Shown here one piece after another: positions 56,228-64,000 of a DNA stretch of 64,000 nt. This DNA is from Bacteroidota bacterium (GTDB lineage: Bacteria; Bacteroidota; Bacteroidia; AKYH767-A; 2013-40CM-41-45): NCBI GenBank assembly GCA_016721305.1, contig JADKIH010000001.1, forward strand, positions 192,091 to 256,090, in the 5' to 3' direction. The notes beneath the pieces are model-generated. The model was given only the letters and a program-made list of their open reading frames with translations. It was not told the DNA's origin and did not search any database. The first letter of the stretch is position 1. Each line of letters begins with the position of its first letter. Both the position numbers and the translations under genes were made by a program.

Positions 56228-57399
56228 TCAACGGCGTCGATTCATGCCTTCAATAATCCCCACAAAAAAATCGGTCACATTAATTTTGTCTTTTAAAAAT
56301 CGTGATCGCTTTCCATTCCATTCGCTCTTGCGATTAGCGTTTTTAAGAAGCATCAAAATTGTTTCAAGTAATAAAGCTTCATTCTCCGGCTTGATACCGA
56401 AGCCAAGTTTGTAATCATCCTCCAACTCCCGCAAGTAACCGATTCGTCCAACGAAATCATTGTAACGAATAAACGGAACACCAAGCACTCCGGCCTCCGC
56501 TGCCATGGTTTGACTATCGCCGATGTACATATCCGCAAAAGCCATTACATGATGCATATCGATTGGACGAATGTTTAAACGATACGGTTCAAACTCCGCT
56601 TCCATCTCTCGCTCTGCCGTGATATACACTTTTCCGTGCGGTTTCAACAAGGCAATCATCTTCAAGGCAAGACCCTTTGTAATTCCCTTTACACCGGAAT
56701 CATGATGCGCTTTCAGTTTCGCAAAACGAATTAAAAAATACGGCTCATCGGGATTGAAATATTCCGGACTACATTTTTATCGGCCGCAAAAACATCAGGA
56801 TGCAGGTATGCCAGCTCGTGATTCCCTTTGTATGAAATTGTTTTATCGGGACGACCGGTATTGCATACTTCCGGCGATAACAACTTGCCCGCAAACGGAT
56901 GCGCGAGCTTTTTCACGAGGGGAATCACATCAGCATCATCTTCATTGACGAAAATATTGGGTATACGTAACAGCCAGCCGATGTGACAAATTTCAGTGGA
57001 TGTACCGACGAGCAAATCGGGTCGTGAGCGCAGGCATTTTTTCAACAAACGAAAATCCTGTTTTGCCAGTCCCATCGCAATCGAGAACTTATTATCTTTC
57101 CTGCCGTCGGGTAAAAAATTTTCATACTCCCACCCTTCACTCTTCAGGAGATCCTCGAGAACATCTTTTTTGGTCGCAACCAACATCAAATCATGCCCAT
57201 TCTGTTTCAGTCTTTTTATCGTGTGATGAAACAGATGAAAGTGTGCAGGATGATGGAGGTAGAATAAAATTTTCATAAAGCGAAATTGAATGAGGTCTTT
57301 ATGAGCCGGATCAGCTATTAAGCTTTTCCGAGAGATCCTTGACAACTTTAGCAGGCACACCGGCAACCAGTACCCGCGGGGGTACATCTTTGGTAACAA
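56228..57399 (-). CDS. DUF354-like protein (putative glycosyltransferase-like), 2 ORF pieces (56731..57399, 56228..56665)
   Basis: MKILFYLHHPAHFHLFHHTIKRLKQNGHDL N-terminus. The adjacent ORF continues the same protein after a frame break. Confidence 0.45.
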
Positions 57400-57826
57400 C
57401 AGAACCAGTTGCTACTACTGCTTCGTCACCAATGGTGACACCGGGCGCAATCGTTACATTGGGCATAATCCAAACGCCTTTACCTATGTGCGTTTGCATA
57501 ACCTGTCTTGGGTATATTTTTTTTAGTCGTGTCTCTGATGGAATGTTAGCATGCGCAGTAATAATCGTTCGATCACCAATAGATGTGTTATCGCCAATGA
57601 AAATCTGATCGGTGAACACGCGGTCAAACATCACTTCGTGACCGATGTACACACCTTTACCGATATTCACTCCTCTCCAGCGGTGAATCACCGTCCTCCA
57701 GCTTTTTACAAAGCAGAAGAAAGCAACTTTATCCAAAAAGAAACGCCAGACAAACTTGATGGCGTATCGCATCTTGCCGAAGAAACCTTTGTATCCGTAA
57801 AAATCCATTACCTCTTGCGCCGGCAT
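57311..57826 (-). CDS. Hexapeptide-repeat sugar O-acetyltransferase
   Basis: Left-handed beta-helix hexapeptide repeats IGDNTSIGDRTII...IGKGVWIMPNVTIAPGVTIGDEAVVATGSVV. Confidence 0.75.
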   Translation of the reverse strand: MPAQEVMDFYGYKGFFGKMRYAIKFVWRFFLDKVAFFCFVKSWRTVIHRWRGVNIGKGVYIGHEVMFDRVFTDQIFIGDNTSIGDRTIITAHANIPSETRLKKIYPRQVMQTHIGKGVWIMPNVTIAPGVTIGDEAVVATGSVVTKDVPPRVLVAGVPAKVVKDLSEKLNS

Positions 57827-57838
57827 CCTTCTTAGCTT

Positions 57839-59957
57839 TTATTTGATATGAATTACTTGTCCCGTGGCAATCGACTCGAGCACACAGAACGTAATGTATG
57901 TTGAATGATAAATTTCGTCGAATGAAACTGGAGCCGCCTTTTTATTTTTCAGCGAATCGATGAAGAGACGAACACCATTTGCGTGACCTTTATCCTGCTT
58001 CATGGTTTGAACCGTTGTTTTTCTTCCGGAGAATTTCAGCTCTTTAAAATCGTCGATGATACCGATGATGCCGGAAGAGAAAACTTCGATGTAGTCTTTT
58101 GCCACATCTTTATGCCCGGTGGAATAATAACTGATGGAAGCAATACTGCCATTGGCAAATGACAATTGAATCGTGATCGAATCGTGCTGATTATTTTTAC
58201 CTGCCATTTCAACAGCAGAAACTGAAATCACTTTTGAACCGGTGAGGAAAACACAATAATCGATGAAGTGACATACTTCACCGACGATTCTTCCTCCGCC
58301 GATTGACGGATCATGTACCCAATGATCGGCAGGCATGTAGCCGGCATTGATACGATACGAAATCGCCATAGGCCCCTCACTCAAACCGGCTTTTAATTTT
58401 TCGGAAAAAGGAGCAAAGCGGCGGTTAAATCCCAGCATGAGCGAAGATGATCCGGCTTCATATGCCGAACGAATTTCTTCCAGCTCATCTAACGTCAGGC
58501 ATAAAGGCTTTTCAACAAAACATGCTTACCGTTTTCAACGACGAAAGCACGTACCGAGCGTGTGTATCGTGTCGTGTTGCAATGAACACGGTATTGACAG
58601 ATGAATCAGCAGCTACTTGTTCTGCTTCACCTTTGGCAGCAGCAAAACCATACTTCGCAGCCATGTTTTGTGCATTATGCGGACGAGCCGTAGATATACT
58701 GGCGAAACGAACGAGTCCTTTTAAATTCGGAAGAAGAAAATTCTGCGCAAACGAACCTGCGCCGATAAAACCAACAGAAACTTCTCCTCCGGCAGGTAAA
58801 TTGTCTTTTAGAATTACATCACTCTTGAGCGATTTTTGCAATTCATATTTTAAAACCATTCCGGTGAAAGGTTCGGTTTTTTCGACGATGATTTTATAAG
58901 CATCCGTCGCTTTCGCAAATGGGAATTCATGTGTAATCATTTTGCCGGGAGAAACCTTTCCGCTGCGTAACAATTCCACGAACGCTTCCATGTTTCGGTT
59001 TTCTGTCCACCGAACGTATGCATACGGATAATCCAATCCCTCCTCTTCGTACTCACGATCGTAACGACCGGGACCGTACGACGTCGACATGCGGAGATCT
59101 AATTCTTTCTTAAAATAATTTGCACGCTTGAAGCCTGTAGGCACAGCACCAACGATAACTACCTTCCCTTTCTTGCGGGAAAGTTCTCCTGCAAGATCAA
59201 CAGGATCGGTAGAGTCAGTTCCTGCAGTGATGATAACGGCATCGGTACCATGACCGGATGTAAATTCCATCACCTGCTGAACGAGTGTTTCTTCATTGCG
59301 ATTGAGAGCGAGCTCGCAACCATTTTCTTTTGCCAGCTTCACCATACGCGGATCGATATCGATACCGATAGCACGAACACCGGAAGCATGAAGCATTTGT
59401 ATAGTGAGTTGTCCGATCAGACCGAGTCCGATGACAACACAATTTTCTCCTAAGCGTAAATCGGCACGACGAATTCCCTGTAATGCAATTGCACCGAGCG
59501 TCGCGAAAGCTGCATCACGCACTTCCACTCCATCGGGAATTTTCACACAGAGATTAACGGGAACACAAACCACTTCGGCATGCACGGCAGTATTTCCACC
59601 GCAAGCAACACGATCGCCAATTTTGAAATCAGCCACATCGGAAGCAACGGCGATTACCTCACCCGAGCAACAATAGCCGAGAGGCGATGGCGCATCGAGC
59701 TTATTCATCACCATTCGGTAAGCAGGAAAAAGTCCGTATGTTTTTACTGACTTAATTACTTTGCCAACTTCTTCACGACGAGCGCGAGCTTTGGCAATGT
59801 AACCAAGACGAGCATCCTTCACCGACTTACCTTCCGTACCTGCGCTGATGACGGAAAAATAATTTCTCACCAAAACGCTTCCCGGCTGCAAAGCAGGGAA
59901 TGGCACTTCGAGCAATTGCATCGCGCCGTTTTTTAGATTTTGTGTGAGCTGTTCCAC
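57839..59957 (-). CDS. Fusion oxidoreductase: N-terminal Zn-dependent MDR alcohol dehydrogenase plus C-terminal Gfo/Idh/MocA domain; 2 ORF pieces (58512..59957, 57839..58438)
   Basis: MDR Rossmann motif VIGLGLIGQLTIQMLHASG, then a Gfo/Idh/MocA-type N-terminal GFIGAGSFAQNFLLPNL...TRHDTHA. The C-terminal domain continues in the downstream ORF. Confidence 0.6.
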
Positions 59958-59980
59958 GGGGTTCTAGGCTTTTATTTTTA

Positions 59981-60058
59981 TTGAAGATTGAATATTGAAG
60001 ATTGAAGATTCTCTCTTCGTAAGCACCAATATTCAATTTTCAATTTTCAATTTTCAAT
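59981..60058. repeat. Inverted arrays of TTGAAGATT / CAATTTTCAA repeats between the methyltransferase stop and the oxidoreductase start
   Basis: ttgaagattgaatattgaagattgaagatt ... aatattcaattttcaattttcaattttcaattcc; same word family as 668..745. Confidence 0.75.
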
Positions 60059-60755
60059 TCCTCCTAAACGCCATTATGACCAGATTGGAAGAAACTTTCT
60101 TCCCACCCAGCATGTCGGCTAGTTTACTGAACAGAGAACGATTGGCATAAAATTCATGTTCGATGAATTCAAAGCCATTCAATTCAAATATTTTTTTGGC
60201 CTCATCGGTTGTCCACAGATGATGCACGAATTTGTAGTACGACGGTTTTCCGGAAATGCGGAAAGCCAATTTTTCGAAGCTTCGATACCAACTGCTTTTG
60301 TTCGGGAAAGACACGAGCAGTGTACCTCCCGGTTTGAGCAGATGATTAAACATCTTGGCAACGCCATCGGAATCGGGCACGTATTCGATCACACTCGAAC
60401 TAATGAGCAGATCGGCCCGTTCCATATCAGGGGTTACGGAAACGGGGATATATAGTTTTCGGAATTTCGTTATTTTATCACTTTTCTTCGTTTTTTCCTC
60501 CTCACAGAGCTCAATCATGCCGTCGGAACCATCCCAGCCTTCGACACGAATGCCCTTTTCGGCCAGATAAAACGAGAACAATCCCGGACCGCATCCGATA
60601 TCATAGGCGAAATTTGCCCCGGGAGCGTACTTGTCCAAAAAACGAGTCCAAACCTCATAGCGCTGCTTAAAGTCGTCAGACGAGCTATAATTGCCCTTAA
60701 ACGAGCCGGCACGGGACGATATATGTTCGGTGAACGAATTTTCAGCCATTTGCAA
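60054..60755 (-). CDS. Class I SAM-dependent methyltransferase
   Basis: AYDIGCGPGLFSFYLAEKG glycine-rich SAM motif. Confidence 0.75.
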   Translation of the reverse strand: MQMAENSFTEHISSRAGSFKGNYSSSDDFKQRYEVWTRFLDKYAPGANFAYDIGCGPGLFSFYLAEKGIRVEGWDGSDGMIELCEEEKTKKSDKITKFRKLYIPVSVTPDMERADLLISSSVIEYVPDSDGVAKMFNHLLKPGGTLLVSFPNKSSWYRSFEKLAFRISGKPSYYKFVHHLWTTDEAKKIFELNGFEFIEHEFYANRSLFSKLADMLGGKKVSSNLVIMAFRRN

Positions 60756-61905
60756 TGATTTTATTGAAAACCGCGCTCAGGTTTTCGACCATTCGGTCTT
60801 CGGTAAACTTAGCTTCGTACAAACGACGCGAATTTTGGCTCATTTTAGCCCTTTCTGCCGGATTTTCGATCAAAAACTTCAATTTTTCGAAGATTTCGAC
60901 CGGTTTTCCAGGGTTGACGATATAACCGTTCTCGCCGTCGATTACGGATTCGACGATTGCTCCCATGTCGGTTGCGATGATGGGCAAACTACTGGCCATT
61001 GACTCAACGAGTACCCATGGGTGACCTTCCGGCGATCTTGGAGGGAAGAGAAATATATCGGCTTCCGACATTCGTTTGAATTTATTCGGGCGATTTTGTG
61101 GAGGATAAATAGTTACAGGCAATTCGTTTTTTCCGATGATGGCAATTGATTCGTTTTTCGTTTCGGCATTGAGCCAGTCGCCGGCGATATCGAGAGTGAA
61201 AGAAATGTTGTTTTCTTTGAGCAAAGCGACAGCTGCAAGCACATCGGTAATTCCTTTCTCCTTCATCAAATTTGAAAGATACAGCAGACGAACAGGGCCT
61301 TCACTCTTTGTGTGTTCGGGGATTTCGTAATTACCGCCGTTAGGAACGACAAAGATCCGATCGTCGCGCATGAGACCGGCAAAGAGCGGACGTAATTTTT
61401 GGCCGAGTACAATTACTCCGGAAGAAAGACGCATCGTTGTACGAACAAGCCATTTGAACGCAGAGGAATTTTTATCATACAATTCGCGAAATGCAGATCC
61501 ACGCAGATGCAGTAAAACTTTTCTGCCGAAGATCGCCGCGATGAAAATGTAAATTGAATCTTTCAAATATCCACCCTTCGATTGAGAAATCGGGATGAGA
61601 ACGAGAGCCGGCCAATGCTTGATCATCATGACAAACATTCGCAGATACAATTTGAAATTGAGCCAGAGTTTTTTCAAACTCAGACTACCCATCTCACTGA
61701 TAGATTCATTGATTCGTGTGTCGAGGTGAATGATTTCAAATGAATCCTTCAACTTCGAATTGAGAATAATTTCCGTAGCAATAGCCGGCCCCATAAACGG
61801 TGGCGGCAATTTACCAAGGATTAATATTTTCGGCTTTCTCATGACACACAATTCCCTACCTGCGCTGAATTTATCCGGCGAAATTTTCCGGACAATCTTC
61901 AACAA
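60742..61905 (-). CDS. Glycosyltransferase family 4 (GT-B)
   Basis: C-terminal EGHPWVLVESMASSLPIIATDMGAIVESVIDGENGYIV, an E-x7-E-like GT4 motif. Confidence 0.75.
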   Translation of the reverse strand: MLKIVRKISPDKFSAGRELCVMRKPKILILGKLPPPFMGPAIATEIILNSKLKDSFEIIHLDTRINESISEMGSLSLKKLWLNFKLYLRMFVMMIKHWPALVLIPISQSKGGYLKDSIYIFIAAIFGRKVLLHLRGSAFRELYDKNSSAFKWLVRTTMRLSSGVIVLGQKLRPLFAGLMRDDRIFVVPNGGNYEIPEHTKSEGPVRLLYLSNLMKEKGITDVLAAVALLKENNISFTLDIAGDWLNAETKNESIAIIGKNELPVTIYPPQNRPNKFKRMSEADIFLFPPRSPEGHPWVLVESMASSLPIIATDMGAIVESVIDGENGYIVNPGKPVEIFEKLKFLIENPAERAKMSQNSRRLYEAKFTEDRMVENLSAVFNKIIANG

Positions 61906-61908
61906 ATT

Positions 61909-63198
61909 TTATATTTCTCCTCCCATTTTTATGTTATATGCTTTGTTCACCGGAAGAACGGCGAAACAGAAGACAGGAAAACAGAGACTGAAGATACCTC
62001 CGTATAAAGTTGGCACGGCGCTGATCGAATACAGCATGAAGATTGCCACGGAACCAATTAGCAGAAACCGCTCCGGCACTCTCATGAATTTTCGCCTCCA
62101 CAGGAGGAAGAGGAAGAAAAGCACGTATGCTCCTACTCCCAGAAATCCGGTGAGGAATAAAATCCGAATGTAATCATTGTGCATACCTCCTCCGATCATG
62201 ACAACGGCTTCGTCGCCTCCCGAGAATCCGACACCTACGACATGCGACAGATACGGATACTTATCCCAGATCTCAAAGTATTTTTGCCAACGCGACATAC
62301 GTCCGTCGAAAGCGTACGAAACATCTTTATCACCGCTGATAACGCTGAATTCTTTTTCGATCAATGGTCGTATCTGGTCTTGATAAATCTGATCGGCGAA
62401 GAAAGGAAGGATAATGGCTGCGATAAAAATCACGAAGACCATCCCCTTTAAATTTTGACTGTTAAAATACAGAAGCACGACGATGAGTGAGAGAAACACA
62501 CCCCAGGTAGAAACGTGACGGAGGGAAATAATTCCGACCAAACAAATGACAAACCAAATGGCAAGACGTGTTACCGACGTTGTTTTTTCTTTTGCTTTTG
62601 AATAGACATCATTCAGGAAGAAATAACTATAAACCATGAATGAACCTACGAGGAAGATTGCATAGTTTATACTATCGGCGTACTCACCGCGAATACGTGC
62701 ACCACCTCCCCGACCTGCTGAAGCATACTCAGGAGTAATCGGATGAACGAGAATCTCGAAGTACATCATCAGGAAAGGGAATATACACGAATAGAGGAAA
62801 GTCAATAACATAAAGTGCAAATCCTCCCGATTATTTATCGCCTTCCTGAGATAGAAGAAAATCAATGGAGGAGTAACGTACTTTATGCAATCACCGAGAT
62901 TATCGAATGTAAAATGCCCGAGCAAGAGAACAATGCAATTCACGCCAATGAGAAAAAGCCAAAAACGCATTAAATCATCGGCCGGTGAACCCGGGTTTTT
63001 CTTCTTCATCGCAGAACCTGCATAAACCGCAAGCACAGGTGTGAGTACTCCAAGAATATAAATCGGCGACAAGAAGATCGAGATTTCCTTAAGCTGATAG
63101 AAGTTATCGACGATTGGACGCAATAGAATAAAGATCGCGAACCACTTCGTAGTCCACGGTGCTTTTTTCCAATATGCCTTCCACTGTTTATAGGTCAT
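61909..63198 (-). CDS. O-antigen polymerase/ligase-like (Wzy-type) polytopic membrane protein
   Basis: 429 aa with about 10-12 predicted TM helices and a large periplasmic-type loop; located among GT genes. Confidence 0.5.
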   Translation of the reverse strand: MTYKQWKAYWKKAPWTTKWFAIFILLRPIVDNFYQLKEISIFLSPIYILGVLTPVLAVYAGSAMKKKNPGSPADDLMRFWLFLIGVNCIVLLLGHFTFDNLGDCIKYVTPPLIFFYLRKAINNREDLHFMLLTFLYSCIFPFLMMYFEILVHPITPEYASAGRGGGARIRGEYADSINYAIFLVGSFMVYSYFFLNDVYSKAKEKTTSVTRLAIWFVICLVGIISLRHVSTWGVFLSLIVVLLYFNSQNLKGMVFVIFIAAIILPFFADQIYQDQIRPLIEKEFSVISGDKDVSYAFDGRMSRWQKYFEIWDKYPYLSHVVGVGFSGGDEAVVMIGGGMHNDYIRILFLTGFLGVGAYVLFFLFLLWRRKFMRVPERFLLIGSVAIFMLYSISAVPTLYGGIFSLCFPVFCFAVLPVNKAYNIKMGGEI

Positions 63199-64000
63199 TT
63201 TTTCTTCAGCGTATATAGTATTCCGTTAACAAAACCCAGAGCACTATGAGATAGGCCGGCTCGTTCGCGGATGAATTTCGACGAATTTTGACCAATTCGT
63301 GAAACCTCTTCCGGGTGATCGAGCAGGTATTCAATCTTCGCTACTACGGAATCAACGTCCTTGTAGTTACAAACGTATCCTGTCTCCCCTTCTTTTACCA
63401 AATCAAAAGCCGCTCCTGCATTTGGAGATACCAGACAAGGAATTCCGGCAGCCATGGCCTCGTTTAGTACCAATCCCCAAATATCAAAGTCGGTTTGAAA
63501 AAGGAACATACTGCTTTTTGCAAAGAAGGCCGGTAATTCATCTTTCTGACGGAAGCCATGAAAAATAACGAATGACTGCAGATTCAATTCCCGGACCTTG
63601 CTTTCAAGTAAAGTCTTTTCTTCGCCATCGCCGACGATATCGAGTACGAAATCGCTTCGCTTTGCAGCAAGCTTCTTTACGGCTTCTATTACGAGAGATA
63701 CATTTTTACGCGGACTTAAATAACCGACGTAGGTGAGATGTTTCAATCCGTCGGATACTACTTTCGTTCGGGCCTTTGCCGTTTCTTGTTCAAAGAATGA
63801 AGTGTCGACAGTGTTAAGTGCAACAAAAGCTGAATGTTCTTTTGCGCCCAAGCTGATTAAATATTTTTTCGCCAATGAACCGTATGCAATAACAGCATCA
63901 GCCATTCGCACCAGAACATTTCGTTGAACTTTTCTGATGAGTGATCCGCCGGCTGATTCAGCTGACAAAGAACCCGACCAGATAATATGTTTTACAGAGC
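63195..64000 (-). CDS. Glycosyltransferase family 4, C-terminal part (gene continues past the window end)
   Basis: GIPCLVSPNAGAAFDLVKEGETGYV motif; the ORF is open to the window edge. Confidence 0.7.
   Translation of the reverse strand, partial: SVKHIIWSGSLSAESAGGSLIRKVQRNVLVRMADAVIAYGSLAKKYLISLGAKEHSAFVALNTVDTSFFEQETAKARTKVVSDGLKHLTYVGYLSPRKNVSLVIEAVKKLAAKRSDFVLDIVGDGEEKTLLESKVRELNLQSFVIFHGFRQKDELPAFFAKSSMFLFQTDFDIWGLVLNEAMAAGIPCLVSPNAGAAFDLVKEGETGYVCNYKDVDSVVAKIEYLLDHPEEVSRIGQNSSKFIRERAGLSHSALGFVNGILYTLKKK

Noticed and set aside
1-64000. Transposase, integrase, tRNA or rRNA genes
   Set aside because: No DDE or tyrosine-recombinase motifs were recognised in any ORF. No tRNA-like cloverleaf or rRNA-like conserved stretches were noticed.

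Overview
This is a 64 kb chromosomal segment that looks like Bacteroidota, judged from gene content, T9SS-type C-terminal sorting domains, a PorV-like gene and roughly 45% GC. All calls below are read by eye from the ORF translations; no searches were run.

Gene content from one end to the other:
- Housekeeping genes: a partial DUF58/vWA gene, trxA, dnaE, ruvC, a HIT-family gene, greA and smc.
- A GT2 glycosyltransferase with a flippase-like membrane partner.
- A minus-strand block of a TonB-dependent receptor-like gene, a large 1353-aa secreted protein (possible PorU) and a PorV-like outer-membrane protein.
- An accessory surface-protein region (23.4-48.8 kb) with three proteins. One is a small secreted protein. 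One is a roughly 2000-aa adhesin carrying about 21 near-identical 46-aa (138-bp) tandem repeats and a canonical T9SS C-terminal sorting domain. One is a giant roughly 5800-aa beta-helix/Ig-like-repeat adhesin.
- A polysaccharide (EPS/O-antigen-like) biosynthesis cluster (49.4-64 kb).

Most notable observations:
1. A GxxExxY/PD-(D/E)XK-like mini-gene is bracketed by 330-380-bp inverted arrays of a roughly 62-bp repeat and sits inside the polysaccharide cluster. It is a candidate selfish or mobile cassette.
2. The giant adhesin and the small secreted protein share a roughly 170-aa C-terminal module with two dockerin/EF-hand-like Ca-binding loops, ending in IHP, instead of a canonical T9SS sorting domain.
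3. A recurring family of intergenic elements is built from inverted arrays of 7-9-bp tandem repeats, and several repeat words are reused at distant loci.
4. A roughly 1 kb degenerate tandem-repeat array (22.19-23.23 kb) is studded with GC hairpins.

Assembly-quality caveat: about 15 genes are broken into overlapping adjacent ORFs. These include the essential dnaE (3 pieces) and smc (3 pieces). This pattern points to indel errors in the assembly rather than real pseudogenes. No tRNA, rRNA, CRISPR array or transposase was recognised.
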